A stretch of DNA of 64,000 nucleotides from Acidimicrobiia bacterium (GCA_025359845.1 JANYDT010000052.1:8325-72324), one strand, 5' to 3'. Positions 29,289 through 39,692 are shown, counted from the first letter of the stretch. Notes: a model not told the origin generated them from the sequence alone. A program made the numbers and translations.

Positions 29289-31121
29289 ATGGCTGACGGG
29301 GGCGGGCGTAGCCGCGGGTTGTTCCGTCGCCAACGAGACACCCCGGCCGATCCGAGTCGTCCGACGCCGACCCGCCCGGGCGACGCCGAATCGTCTGACG
29401 CGCCCCGCCTGGCGCCACCCGCCGATGGGTGGGATGGCGAGGACGACCTTTGGGACGACGAGGTGTGGCCCGATCCCGCCCCCAAGCGGCGGGGGGCCCG
29501 TCGTACCGGCGAAATGTTCGACAACCGCGCTCCCCGCACCAGCCCTTGGGACGAAGAAGAGACCGATACATCGCCGGCCGGCCTCGCCCAAACCGAACAA
29601 CTCGACGCCTGGGTCGAAACCGAGCCCGAAGAGTCGTGGGACGCGCCCGCCACCAACAAGTCATCGCGGCTGCGAGCCCAACGAACGGAACGCGAATCTG
29701 GCGATCAATCCCCACCCACAAAAGTGTCTCGGGGGGCGAAAACCGCGAAGTCCACGGGGCCACGCGAAGAACCGTCGAACGAGCGGCCTGCCGAGAAACC
29801 GATCGAACAGCCCACTGTGACCGCGAACGACGATCAGGCGGTGTTCTCGGTCGTCGAATCTGAGGCCCCGGCCCCGCCGAGTAGCGCCGCTATCGCAGCC
29901 CCCGGAGTCGCCACCCGCCAAGCCGAACCCACCCCGGGTCTCCGGCCCGAACTCAACGAGCTCGTGAATGTCGACGAACTCGATGATACCGATTGGGAGC
30001 CGGTCGGCGCGTCGACCTCGACTGGCCCGTCGGAGCCCAATCTCCAAGGTCCGGTCGTGGCCGAAAGTCCGGTCGCATCCCCGGTCCCGGCCCCTTCGCC
30101 GCGTTTCGCGCCCGCCGTACCAGCGCCCGAAGCGCAGGTCGAACCGGCCAAGGCGCCGGCGCCGTCCAACGCGTTGCCTAGCTGGACGGGGTATCGACCG
30201 AACCCGCCGAAATCCACGCCCGAGCCGGTTCTGTCTGAGGCTCATGAATCGGACCCACCCGTCGCTACCGAAGCGACCCCAACGACGATGTTGAGCGAGT
30301 CGCGCGGCGTTGGACCGTTCGACGGTGGCGGCTATCTGACCAGCCCCGACGCCGTGCCGCCAGACAGCTGGCGCACCGATGAGGAGGAACTTTCCTTGGC
30401 CGGCACCGCGGCGGCCGCCGAAATGGTCGCCCGCGAGTCGGGCTGGGATGACGACGAGGCCGCGCCAGAGACTTCTAATTGGTCCGACGATCCGCCCCTG
30501 GCCGCCGATTCTGATACTGGTGCAGTGGTGAATGGCGACGACTCCCGGGTCGACTACGGCCAACTCTACGAACCGCGTGCGCCCGAAAAGGTGCTCTCCG
30601 CGGCCCCGGCGACGACGAGCTTCACCGAACTCCCCAGAGGCGTCCTGATCGCCAACAACAGCTGGGCCAACCTCGTGACGACAAGTGGTCTCTGCCTGGC
30701 CGTCGTGGGCGGAATCTGGCAGCTTCTGGCCATGGCCAGCGGCGTCTCGAGCCGCTCATTCGACAGCAGCACCGATTTTCTCCACAAGGTCGGCGCCGGC
30801 CTCGGCCGCACTGGGCCCGTCCACGGGCTCGTCCTCCTCGTCGCCGCGGTTCTGGTCGCTTTGCCGTCGTTTTTTGGCGACCGCAACGCCAGGACGCTCG
30901 ACGACGCCGCCGGCACGGCTTTGGGGATCTGTGCTGCGAGTGCCATCCTCGGCGCCATCGGGGCGGTGATGACGTTCCGTTACGGAATCCACACCGCCGA
31001 CACGAACGGACAGGTCACCACCGCGATCACCCTCAGCTTCCTCTCCGATCTGGTCGCGACGGCCGGAGTCGCGCTCGCCGCATTCGCCACCGCGCTCATG
31101 GCGCTTCGTACGCGCCGCTGA
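29289..31121 (+). CDS. Hypothetical membrane protein: ~450-aa acidic/Pro-rich low-complexity N-terminus plus C-terminal multi-TM domain
   Basis: 610-aa ORF with repeated Trp-acidic motifs. Hydrophobic segments begin around LCLAVVGGIWQLLAMA and continue to the C-terminus. Confidence 0.7.
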   Translation: MADGGGRSRGLFRRQRDTPADPSRPTPTRPGDAESSDAPRLAPPADGWDGEDDLWDDEVWPDPAPKRRGARRTGEMFDNRAPRTSPWDEEETDTSPAGLAQTEQLDAWVETEPEESWDAPATNKSSRLRAQRTERESGDQSPPTKVSRGAKTAKSTGPREEPSNERPAEKPIEQPTVTANDDQAVFSVVESEAPAPPSSAAIAAPGVATRQAEPTPGLRPELNELVNVDELDDTDWEPVGASTSTGPSEPNLQGPVVAESPVASPVPAPSPRFAPAVPAPEAQVEPAKAPAPSNALPSWTGYRPNPPKSTPEPVLSEAHESDPPVATEATPTTMLSESRGVGPFDGGGYLTSPDAVPPDSWRTDEEELSLAGTAAAAEMVARESGWDDDEAAPETSNWSDDPPLAADSDTGAVVNGDDSRVDYGQLYEPRAPEKVLSAAPATTSFTELPRGVLIANNSWANLVTTSGLCLAVVGGIWQLLAMASGVSSRSFDSSTDFLHKVGAGLGRTGPVHGLVLLVAAVLVALPSFFGDRNARTLDDAAGTALGICAASAILGAIGAVMTFRYGIHTADTNGQVTTAITLSFLSDLVATAGVALAAFATALMALRTRR

Positions 31122-31144
31122 AGCACCGACCCTCGCTCCCGCGA

Positions 31145-31801
31145 TCAGGGTTCCGGCAGAACCCATAAGTCAAGGAGTTCGCCGCGCCGCCGCTGCCATT
31201 CCTCGACGGTGATCGCGAATCGAACGTGGTCTTCCCAAACCCCGTTTATCTCGAGAAACCGTAAAGCCACCCCCTCGTCGCGGATGCCAAGCTTTTCGAC
31301 AACCCGTCGGCTGGCGGAGTTTCGGGGGACAATCGCGATTTGCACCCGATGCAGCCCGAGGTCTTCGAAGACGTGGCGTAACAAGGCGACCACACTTTCG
31401 GGCATGTATCCACGACCGGCGAAGTGCTGATCGATCCAGTAACCGATGTCGGCGTACTGGGCCGCCCCGCGCACGATGTTGTTCACGTTTACTTCGCCGG
31501 CCAGTCTGTCGTCGACAAACAGTCCGAGGCCGCACGACGTTCCCATGGCCCGATCACGGTCGCGTTGGTCACACCGCGCCTCAAAAGATCGCCTGTGTTC
31601 GGCCACATCGGGTTGATCCGGCGGACGGCGCGGCTCCCAACGCGTCAACCACTCGCCATTGCGACGACGAACTTCTTGCCAAGCCAGAAAATCCGATGGC
31701 CGCAACGGCCTCAGAACAACCCTACGCCCCCGCAAAGTAGGGCCGACCGCCGCCTGCACGAGTCGATCGCTCAGACTGCCGGCCACACGCCACCTACTCA
31801 T
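31145..31801 (-). CDS. GNAT family N-acetyltransferase (RimJ/RimL-like)
   Basis: GRRVVLRPLRPSDFLAWQEVRRRNGEWLTRWEP...IGYWIDQHFAGRGYMPE...LHRVQIAIVPRNSASRRVVEKLG. Confidence 0.85.
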   Translation of the reverse strand: MSRWRVAGSLSDRLVQAAVGPTLRGRRVVLRPLRPSDFLAWQEVRRRNGEWLTRWEPRRPPDQPDVAEHRRSFEARCDQRDRDRAMGTSCGLGLFVDDRLAGEVNVNNIVRGAAQYADIGYWIDQHFAGRGYMPESVVALLRHVFEDLGLHRVQIAIVPRNSASRRVVEKLGIRDEGVALRFLEINGVWEDHVRFAITVEEWQRRRGELLDLWVLPEP

Positions 31802-31828
31802 CGCCGCCTCATCGCCGACTCATCGCCG
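31796..31828 (-). repeat. 11-nt x3 tandem repeat (minus strand CGGCGATGAGN) spanning the GNAT start codon
   Basis: The plus strand reads actcatcgccg / cctcatcgccg / actcatcgccg. Each unit carries an ATG on the minus strand (31823, 31812, 31801). Confidence 0.95.
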
Positions 31829-31938
31829 GGCTGTCGACGCCGCGCTGGACTGCCGATCCCGCGCTGGCCTTGAGTCACCGCCCGAGCGTAGCGGTCAGAT
31901 TTTACCGGCTCCACAATTGAAACTAATTTGTTTGGTAG

Positions 31939-31952
31939 TGAAAGCGTTTGCA
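31939..31952. promoter_or_regulatory. LacI/GalR-family operator-like site TGAAAGCGTTTGCA
   Basis: All fixed positions of the TGNAANCGNTTNCA consensus match. The site is 45 nt upstream of the LacI-family gene start. Confidence 0.5.
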
Positions 31953-31996
31953 GTAGAAGTTCGACCGGCGAAGTACCCTGCGCCTCAGCGACGCGG

Positions 31997-33064
31997 ATGA
32001 GCTCGCCCCGACCGCGGGCCCGGGCGACGATCGACGACGTCGCACAACTCGCCGGGGTCTCGCTGGCCACCGTCAGCCGGGCGCTGCGCGGCCTTCCCCA
32101 CGTGCGAGCCGAACTGCGCCAGCGGGTGGAAAAGGCCGCAGCCGAGCTGCGCTACGTAGCTGACGGAAACGCGGCGCGACTAGCTTCGGGCCGGTCGCGA
32201 ACCATCGGGCTCGTCGCCCCGCTGCTCACCACTTGGTATACGAGCCAAACGATCGCCGGCATCGAAGACGTTCTCCAGGCCGCCGGATACGACCTGCTCA
32301 TCAGCGCTCTGAGTTCGGTCGATCATCGTCGAAAACTCGTCCAAGGTCGCCTTGCTTTTCAACAGCGCGTCGATGGCGTAATCCTCATTGATGTTTTCTA
32401 CGGACGAGAAGGAGCGCGAAAACTGCAAATCGATCATCCGGTTGTGGTGGTGGGCGAAGCCGTAGACAGCACTCCCTCGGTGGCTATCGACAATGAAAAA
32501 GGGGCCCGTCTCGCGGCAGAGCACCTTGTGGATTTGGGCCATGAAAGGGTCGGCATAGTCGGGGGAATGCAGCCCAAAACGCGCTATTCACCGGTACCGG
32601 CGCAGCGACGATCAGGCTTTCGCAAAGTGTGCGAAGAGCGAAGCGTGACCGTGACCGCGGAACTGGACGGCGAGTTCACTGTCGGAGGTGGACGCCGCAC
32701 GTTCGACGCGTTTCTCGCACAGCGACGGCCGCCCACGGCACTGTTCTGTTTTTCCGACGAGATGGCATTCGGCGTCTTGCAAGCGGCCAGGGAACGGGGC
32801 GTGCGCGTCCCTGCCGAGATGGCCATTGTAGGGTTCGACGATCATCCAGTCGCCGAGGCAATGGGTCTTACGACAGTTCGCCAACCGGTTCGTGAGATCG
32901 GGCGAAGAAGTGCCCAGCGTATCCTCGAAGCGATCGAGGGTAGCCGCCCGACCCAGTTGCACGACCAAATCCCGGTGGAGTTGGTCGTGCGCGAATCCAC
33001 GGCCGGGCCGTCGAAGAATGCCCCTCACTCGATCTTGACGTCGACCGCCACGTCGATGCCCTGA
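31997..33064 (+). CDS. LacI family transcriptional regulator
   Basis: [26 protein letters not shown] motif, followed by a periplasmic-binding-fold domain. I chose the ATG at 31997. Confidence 0.9.
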   Translation: MSSPRPRARATIDDVAQLAGVSLATVSRALRGLPHVRAELRQRVEKAAAELRYVADGNAARLASGRSRTIGLVAPLLTTWYTSQTIAGIEDVLQAAGYDLLISALSSVDHRRKLVQGRLAFQQRVDGVILIDVFYGREGARKLQIDHPVVVVGEAVDSTPSVAIDNEKGARLAAEHLVDLGHERVGIVGGMQPKTRYSPVPAQRRSGFRKVCEERSVTVTAELDGEFTVGGGRRTFDAFLAQRRPPTALFCFSDEMAFGVLQAARERGVRVPAEMAIVGFDDHPVAEAMGLTTVRQPVREIGRRSAQRILEAIEGSRPTQLHDQIPVELVVRESTAGPSKNAPHSILTSTATSMP

Positions 33065-33182
33065 GCTTCACGAAACCGCTCCCGACCAACCTTTCGGCAA
33101 CGGAGTCTGGCCTCCTTGGGTAACAGCGACGCCGCGCGTGTTCCCGTTCTCCTCGACGAGCCACTACGGTTCCAGCTTTGTC

Positions 33183-35921
33183 GTGACTCCTCTCACTTTC
33201 GTCGATCGCCACATCGGGCCACGAGCAGCAGAAAGCGGCGTGATGACGCGGCGCCTCGGTTTCGCGTCGGCCGAAGCGCTCGTTGACGCCGCGATACCAC
33301 CCGCCATTCGCAACACCGCGGCTATGGCGCTTCCCGCCGCGCGTAGCGAAGCCGAGGCCCTGCATGACCTGCGGAGCCTCGCGTCACGCAATCAGGTAAT
33401 GCGATCGATGATCGGCCAAGGGTGGTACGACACGTGGACCCCCGCCGTCATTCGGCGCAACCTGTTGGAAAATCCGGCCTGGTACACCGCATACACCCCC
33501 TACCAACCCGAAATCAGCCAAGGACGACTCGAACTTCTACTGGTGTTTCAAACCATGGTGGCCGACCTGACCGGGATGGATCTGGCCGGCGCGTCGATGC
33601 TCGACGAAGCCACGGCCGCGGCCGAGGCGATGACCATGGCTGCTCGGGCCCGCCCCAAGGGCTCGGTTTTCGTGGTCGACCCTGACTGCCATCCGCAGGT
33701 CATCGAGGTCGTCAGGACCCGGGCCCAGCCGCTCGGAATCGAGATAGCGCTGACCCCCGCGCCGGTCGAGGGCGTGTTCGGCGGGCTCATCGCCTATCCC
33801 GGATCGTCTGGCAACATTGCCGACCTTGGCGGTCGCGCGGATGCATTCCACACCGCCGATGCCGTCGTCTGCGTGGCGACCGACCTACTGGCTTGTTGCC
33901 GACTAGAGGCGCCGGGGGTGCTCGGGGCCGACATCGTCGTGGGATCGGCGCAGCGCTTCGGTGTGCCTATGGGTTTCGGAGGGCCGCATGCCGGATTTCT
34001 GGCGACTCGCGAGAGTTTCGCCCGGTCGCTACCGGGACGCCTCGTCGGTGTTTCCGTCGACGCCAACGGTCGGCGGGCGCTGCGGCTCGCACTGCAAACC
34101 CGCGAGCAACACATCCGCCGGGAAAAGGCCACCAGCAACATCTGTACGGCGCAGGTGCTGCTGGCCGAGATGGCCGCGGCCTACGCCATGTGGCACGGAC
34201 CCGATGGACTGGCGGCCATAGCCGACCGAGTCCATGGGTTCGCCAGTGAACTGGCCGCGTATTTTGCCGACTGTCGTGTTCATGATTGTTGGTTCGACAC
34301 GATCACGCTGCGAGTGCCCAAGAACGCTGCCGCATTGGTCGCGGCGGCGGCTGATCGGGGTGTGAACGTGCGTCTCGTCGATGCCGACACGGTGGGGCTC
34401 AGCTGTGACGAGACCACGACGGCGGCCGATCTAGCAGCCCTGAAAGGCGCCGCCGCGACGCTCGGGATCGGCGGAGCCTTCGGGGTCGACCGGCCCCAAA
34501 AGGTCGTTTCCCTTCGTACGGCCGCGCTCCTCCCCCATCCCGAATTCTCGGCCGTCCGTTCGGAGACCGACATGATGCGCATACTGCGGCGATGGTCGGA
34601 CCTTGACCTAGCGCTCGATCGCACGATGATTCCCCTCGGTAGCTGCACCATGAAATTGAATGCCGCCGCGGAACTCGAACCCATCTCGTGGCCCGAATTC
34701 GCCAACATGCATCCGTTTGCTCCTCCCTCCCAAACCGAGGGCTACGCAACCCTCATTGCCGACGTCGAAAGTTGGCTGGCCGAGATCACCGGCTATGACC
34801 GGGTCTCGGTTCAGCCCAACGCCGGCTCTCAGGGTGAATACGCCGGCCTGTTGGCCATCCGCAACTACTTCCGGTCACGCTGCGAATCGCATCGCGATAT
34901 CTGTCTCATTCCGGCATCGGCCCACGGGACCAACGCCGCCAGCGCGGCCCTCGCCGGCCTACGGGTAGTCGTCGTGGCTTGCCTCGACGAGCCGGGCGGG
35001 ACGGGCGAAGTCGACCTCGCCGCGCTCCGAAAGGCCATCGATACCTACCGCGATCGGTTGGCCGCGATCATGGTGACCTATCCGTCGACGCACGGGGTTT
35101 ACGAGGGGGCCATCACGACAATCTGCGATCTCGTCCACGAGGCGGGGGGCCAGGTTTACGTCGACGGCGCCAACCTCAACGCGTTGGTCGGTCTCGCCCG
35201 TCCGGGCGCATTCGGCGCTGATGTCAGCCACCTCAACCTTCACAAGACTTTCTGCATCCCCCACGGCGGCGGCGGCCCCGGTGTCGGTCCGGTGTGCGTT
35301 CGCGCTCATCTCGCCCCGTTTCTCGAAGCTCATATTTCTGCCGCACCGTTCGGATCGGCCGGGATTCTGCCGATCACGTGGATGTACATAGCCATGATGG
35401 GGCCCGACGGATTACGGGCGGCCACGGTGCAGGCCGTCCTCAATGCCAACTATGTCGCTCACCGATTGCACGACAGTTTTCCCGTCCTCTATCGCGGCGA
35501 GCGCGCCCTGGTGGCCCACGAATGCATTCTCGACCTTCGCCCCCTCACCAAGGCGACCGGAGTCACCGTTGACGATGTGGCCAAGCGCCTGATCGACTAC
35601 GGCTTCCACTCTCCGACCATGAGCTTCCCGGTGCCGGGCACGCTCATGGTCGAGCCGACCGAATCGGAGGGTCTCGCCGAACTCGATCGGTTCTGTGATG
35701 CGATGATCGCGATCCGAGCCGAAGCCGAAGCCCAACCGGAAGCCCTCAAAAATGCGCCCCACACATTGGCCGAGGTAACCGCCGATGTCTGGGATCGCCC
35801 GTACCCCCGTTCGCGAGCCCATCCAACCAACTCGCCGTATTGGCCTCCGGTCGCCCGTATCGACGGGACGTACGGCGACCGCAACCTGTTCTGTTCGTGC
35901 GCCCTGCCCGAAGCCGACTAA
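33183..35921 (+). CDS. gcvP: Glycine dehydrogenase (decarboxylating), single-chain P protein
   Basis: [40 protein letters not shown] (PLP lysine region). A GTG start at 33183 is inferred. Confidence 0.95.
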   Translation: MTPLTFVDRHIGPRAAESGVMTRRLGFASAEALVDAAIPPAIRNTAAMALPAARSEAEALHDLRSLASRNQVMRSMIGQGWYDTWTPAVIRRNLLENPAWYTAYTPYQPEISQGRLELLLVFQTMVADLTGMDLAGASMLDEATAAAEAMTMAARARPKGSVFVVDPDCHPQVIEVVRTRAQPLGIEIALTPAPVEGVFGGLIAYPGSSGNIADLGGRADAFHTADAVVCVATDLLACCRLEAPGVLGADIVVGSAQRFGVPMGFGGPHAGFLATRESFARSLPGRLVGVSVDANGRRALRLALQTREQHIRREKATSNICTAQVLLAEMAAAYAMWHGPDGLAAIADRVHGFASELAAYFADCRVHDCWFDTITLRVPKNAAALVAAAADRGVNVRLVDADTVGLSCDETTTAADLAALKGAAATLGIGGAFGVDRPQKVVSLRTAALLPHPEFSAVRSETDMMRILRRWSDLDLALDRTMIPLGSCTMKLNAAAELEPISWPEFANMHPFAPPSQTEGYATLIADVESWLAEITGYDRVSVQPNAGSQGEYAGLLAIRNYFRSRCESHRDICLIPASAHGTNAASAALAGLRVVVVACLDEPGGTGEVDLAALRKAIDTYRDRLAAIMVTYPSTHGVYEGAITTICDLVHEAGGQVYVDGANLNALVGLARPGAFGADVSHLNLHKTFCIPHGGGGPGVGPVCVRAHLAPFLEAHISAAPFGSAGILPITWMYIAMMGPDGLRAATVQAVLNANYVAHRLHDSFPVLYRGERALVAHECILDLRPLTKATGVTVDDVAKRLIDYGFHSPTMSFPVPGTLMVEPTESEGLAELDRFCDAMIAIRAEAEAQPEALKNAPHTLAEVTADVWDRPYPRSRAHPTNSPYWPPVARIDGTYGDRNLFCSCALPEAD

Positions 35922-36001
35922 GGCAGCCCCACCAATTCCACGGTTCCTGGGCCGCGTAAGTCGTTGTCGGCCCGCTCCTGAGGCCTCGTAGGCTTGACCT
36001 T

Positions 36002-37117
36002 GTGGCGAAGCTGAGTATCGGACCGATCGAGGTGTGGCCTCCTGTGGTGCTGGCCCCCATGGCCGGCGTCACGAACGCGCCGTTTCGTCAGTTGTGCCGC
36101 GAGCAAGGGGCAGCCATCTACGTCAGTGAAATGGTCAACTCCCGTGCGCTGGTGGAGGGTTCGGACAAGTCGTGGCGACTCTCATCATTCGCGCCCGACG
36201 AGCCGATCAAGTCGCTTCAGTTGTACGGCTCCGATCCCGCCATAGTCGGCGAGGCCGTGCGCATCTTGGCCGATCGAGACGTCGTCGATCACCTCGACTT
36301 CAACTTCGGATGCCCCGCCGCGAAGGTCACACGCAAGGGCCACGGATCAGCGGTACCGGCCAAACCGAAGCTCCTACGCAAGATCGTGGCCGCGGCGGTG
36401 GCCAATGCCGGGTCCATCCCGGTCACTATCAAGTTCCGCAAGGGTCTCAGCGACACAATGCTGACGTTCGAAGAGACGGGCCGCATCGCCGAAGGCGAAG
36501 GCTGTGCCGCTATTGCTTTGCATGCCCGCACCACCGAGCAGCTCTATTCGGGCCACGCCGATTGGGCCGCCATCGCTCGACTCAAAGAGGTCGTAACGTC
36601 AATTCCGGTGCTCGGTAATGGTGATATTTGGACCGCCGAAGATGCGCTCGACATGATGGCCGAAACCGGATGCGATGGAGTCGTAATCGGCCGCGGCTGC
36701 CTCGGTCGTCCGTGGTTGTTCGCAGACCTGGTGAACGTGTTCGCCGGAAAGGCGTCAGCGCCGATTCCTGCACTGGGCGAGGTCATAGCCGTCCTGCGAC
36801 GCCACGCCCAGTTACTCTCGGACTGGAATGGAGAAGATCGTGGCATTCGCGATTTACGCAAACATATCGGGTGGTATATGACCGGGTATCCGATCGGGCC
36901 GGTCATGCGCGGGCGCATGGCCATGGTGTCGACCTTGGGGGAACTCGACGACATGCTGGCGCTCCTCGACCCCGCCGTGCGGGCCCCGTCGGTGTTGCCA
37001 CGCGGCCATGTGCAGGGGCCGCGGCCAGTCCACCTTCCATACGGCTATCTCGACCAGCTCGACGACGACGCTCCCCCTCCGGCCGATGCCGAAGAAGCGG
37101 CCGCCAGCGGTGGATAG
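36002..37117 (+). CDS. dus: tRNA-dihydrouridine synthase
   Basis: VLAPMAGVTNAPFRQLC, DFNFGCPAAKV, IALHARTTEQLYSG. Confidence 0.9.
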   Translation: MAKLSIGPIEVWPPVVLAPMAGVTNAPFRQLCREQGAAIYVSEMVNSRALVEGSDKSWRLSSFAPDEPIKSLQLYGSDPAIVGEAVRILADRDVVDHLDFNFGCPAAKVTRKGHGSAVPAKPKLLRKIVAAAVANAGSIPVTIKFRKGLSDTMLTFEETGRIAEGEGCAAIALHARTTEQLYSGHADWAAIARLKEVVTSIPVLGNGDIWTAEDALDMMAETGCDGVVIGRGCLGRPWLFADLVNVFAGKASAPIPALGEVIAVLRRHAQLLSDWNGEDRGIRDLRKHIGWYMTGYPIGPVMRGRMAMVSTLGELDDMLALLDPAVRAPSVLPRGHVQGPRPVHLPYGYLDQLDDDAPPPADAEEAAASGG

Positions 37118-37121
37118 CGGC

Positions 37122-37688
37122 GTGATCATTCTGGCTTCGGGATCGCCGCGCCGACGGGAGCTGTTGACCAACGCTCGGGTTGCGTTTGTTGTGCGCGCGG
37201 CCGACATCGATGAGACCCGATTGACCGGCGAGGCCCCGGCCGAGATGGTGGTCCGTCTAGCCGTGGCCAAGGCTCGGGTCGTGCATGCAGGGCGCTCGGC
37301 GGTCGAACTCGGTCTCGCGGTATTGGCTGCGGATACGACCGTGGATCTCGACGGACGCGAACTCTCGAAGCCCGAGTCGATGGCCGATGCCGCCGCCATG
37401 CTGAGCGCCCTCTCCGGCCGCTGGCATCTGGTGCATTCGGGCGTAGCCATCGTCGACCCGGCCGGCCGTGAGCACGCGTTTCGGGTCACCACCGAGGTGG
37501 AGTTCGCGAGCTTGTCCCGAGCCGACATCGACGACTACGTAGCGACCGGCGAAGCGTTCGACAAAGCCGGCGCGTACGGCATGCAAGGTGGCGGCGCGGT
37601 GTTCGTCACTCAGGTCCTCGGCAGCCCAACGAACGTGATCGGATTACCCTTGGCCGAGACGCTCGCCCTTTTACGGCTGGTGTGCTAA
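37122..37688 (+). CDS. maf: Maf-like nucleoside triphosphate pyrophosphatase
   Basis: ILASGSPRRRELL...DTTVDLDG...DKAGAYGMQG. A GTG start at 37122 is inferred. Confidence 0.9.
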   Translation: MIILASGSPRRRELLTNARVAFVVRAADIDETRLTGEAPAEMVVRLAVAKARVVHAGRSAVELGLAVLAADTTVDLDGRELSKPESMADAAAMLSALSGRWHLVHSGVAIVDPAGREHAFRVTTEVEFASLSRADIDDYVATGEAFDKAGAYGMQGGGAVFVTQVLGSPTNVIGLPLAETLALLRLVC

Positions 37689-37705
37689 AGGTCTTCCGTC
37701 AATGT

Positions 37706-38536
37706 TCAGGCGAGAGCAGCGTAGGTGCCGGCTGCTTCCATGGCGGCGTGAATGGGGGCAATCAATTCCGCTAGGCGGGCCGCGCCGCGGTCGCCCACGG
37801 GCCGCCACATGGGCGTGCAGAGCCGGTCGGTCTCGGCCTCGATCCGTTCGCGCTCCTCAACACCCGCCGGGGTCATGGCGCCGGCCGCATCGACCCAGCC
37901 CCGTCCGGCGAGCCGGCCGATGGCGGCCGCCCACTCTTGCTGGTCCCATTGCCGGCTCGCCTGTGCGAGCCCGAGCGGAAAACGTCCGGTGCCGACCTGC
38001 AAGACCAGGCAGTCGCACGGCCCCACCTCGTTGACCACCAACAGGGCGATGTGGACGTCGCCACGCCATTCCCGCAGCACCGTCAACTGTTGCCATAGAC
38101 CCACCAACGGATCGTCGGGGAGCGCCACGCCAGCATTGGCCGCGGCGAGTGCCTTGCCGGCCAGATCGAGGCCGCCCACGACGAGGTCAACGAGCGAACG
38201 GGCCTCGGCGATCTGGCCGCTCGACACGTCGGCCCCTACACGCTCCAAAGCGCGGTGCACGACCCGGAAGCGAGCGGCCTGCAATGACTCGGGCGATGCC
38301 GTATTCCACACTCCCGGCATCGCGGAGGTAATGGCGCGCGGGCTGAAGTTGTAGAAGGTCGCGAGGACAACCTCGTCAGGCACCGGTCCCATGGGCGCGG
38401 CCCGCGACCCGAAATAGCCACCCCTGCCCGTGACGCCCAGGGATGCGTATTCCTCGGCGGCCTCGGGGACGAAGTAGACCAACCGGTGAACCAAGTTGAT
38501 GGCCATATGCGCGTCGTGAATGATCGAACGATCCAT
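37706..38536 (-). CDS. Conserved actinobacterial hypothetical protein (resembles the SCO6745-type family; assignment from memory, unverified)
   Basis: 276-aa ORF. LVYFVPEAAEEYASLGVTGRGGYFGSRAAPMGPVP...ATFYNFSPRAI. Confidence 0.6.
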   Translation of the reverse strand: MDRSIIHDAHMAINLVHRLVYFVPEAAEEYASLGVTGRGGYFGSRAAPMGPVPDEVVLATFYNFSPRAITSAMPGVWNTASPESLQAARFRVVHRALERVGADVSSGQIAEARSLVDLVVGGLDLAGKALAAANAGVALPDDPLVGLWQQLTVLREWRGDVHIALLVVNEVGPCDCLVLQVGTGRFPLGLAQASRQWDQQEWAAAIGRLAGRGWVDAAGAMTPAGVEERERIEAETDRLCTPMWRPVGDRGAARLAELIAPIHAAMEAAGTYAALA

Positions 38537-38592
38537 GGACCGGGACTGTAGCGGTAGGGCTCCACGACTACGAGCCGCTTAAACCCGGATAC

Positions 38593-39207
38593 CTACACTC
38601 CATGCAACAAGTCTCGCTCCGAGATCAGACACGATGACCAGCCGAAGTGGCGCAAAGTCGTCACGAGGATGAGCGCCCCGGCGACGATCGTATCGACGCG
38701 GTCGGCCGCCAGCCCGGGGTTGTAGGCCCGATCAGATCGCGCCTCCGTCGCTACCGTCCGAAACACGTCTTCGGCCGCCGCCCTGGTCAACTCGAAATGA
38801 CGGAGCCGGGCGACGTCGTAGGCCCCCAACTCTATCGCCGCAGCGGTCAAAATCGACCCGCCCGCTCCGATCATCCGAGTGGCCTCCTTCACGGTTGGCA
38901 GCTCGCGGGCCACGTCATCGAGGTGCGCGCGAACGACCGAGACGGCCTGACTCAGCGCCTCCGCGCCGGGCGGATCGAGGTGCCAGAACTCCTCGCCGAG
39001 GAGCAAACAACCGGTTTCGATTGAAAACGCGCCTTCGCACTCGCCGATGCGTCCGACGCTGAACTCACACGATTGCGCCCCAATGCGAAGCACGACATCG
39101 AGCCCGTCGTCGTTCTTCGGGGGCAGCGCCGAAGAGACCGCGCCAAAATCCGCGCGGGCCTCGAGCAGCCGCTTCGAATCGGCCCCAAATTCGGCGGCGG
39201 CTTTCAC
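38593..39207 (-). CDS. Ppx/GppA-family protein, N-terminally truncated and motif-degenerate
   Basis: The second ASKHA half is present (MIGAGGSILTAAAIEL...DRVDTIVAGALIL). The position of the DIGGGS-type loop reads RIGAQS. No DxGxNS N-terminal subdomain is present. The GTG at 39207 forms a GTGA overlap with the DUF501 stop. Confidence 0.65.
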   Translation of the reverse strand: MKAAAEFGADSKRLLEARADFGAVSSALPPKNDDGLDVVLRIGAQSCEFSVGRIGECEGAFSIETGCLLLGEEFWHLDPPGAEALSQAVSVVRAHLDDVARELPTVKEATRMIGAGGSILTAAAIELGAYDVARLRHFELTRAAAEDVFRTVATEARSDRAYNPGLAADRVDTIVAGALILVTTLRHFGWSSCLISERDLLHGV

Positions 39208-39692
39208 GGAAGCCGCTCGTGCACCCAGCGCCCGACAGGATCGTCGCCCCCGGCCAAAAACCAGGCGTAGTGGGCATGGAGACACTTGACGCCGGTGCGC
39301 GTACCGGCCACTCCACCGGACGGTCGGGGACCGACGTAAGACGGCGCGATATCGGCGTCGCGCTCCGCCGCGTAACGGGCGTGGGCGGCCGCGATATCAA
39401 GGGCCGGGATGGCCGCCTCAGCCGCCCGCACCCCGCCTGCCGCTTCGATCCGTCCGATCCCGGCGATCAACGTCGGGTCCACGAGCCAATAGCGTGTAGG
39501 CATGGGCGTTCCGTCGTGTTCGAAAGGGGCATTGCGCAGGACAGAGGGGAACCCCGACGGGTCGCGCACGGCGATCTCGTAGTCGGTGCGCGGCTCTCGT
39601 CCCAGCCGAGCCACAACTGCGGCTCGATCGGTGTCAACCGAAACCGACGGGCGCCCGGCCGAACTCACTTCTTGCGACGACGCAACAGCCAC
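39204..39692 (-). CDS. DUF501 domain-containing protein
   Basis: GTPMPTRYWLVDP...GVKCLHAHYAWFLAGGDDPVGRWV. Confidence 0.8.
   Translation of the reverse strand: MAVASSQEVSSAGRPSVSVDTDRAAVVARLGREPRTDYEIAVRDPSGFPSVLRNAPFEHDGTPMPTRYWLVDPTLIAGIGRIEAAGGVRAAEAAIPALDIAAAHARYAAERDADIAPSYVGPRPSGGVAGTRTGVKCLHAHYAWFLAGGDDPVGRWVHERLP

Noticed and set aside
33065-33182. Possible glycine riboswitch upstream of gcvP
   Set aside because: I could not find the conserved GGAGAG...CACCGAAGGGGCAA or CTCAGGCAAAAGGAC elements on the plus strand. The only CCGAAAGG-like string is on the wrong strand. An Infernal scan would be decisive.
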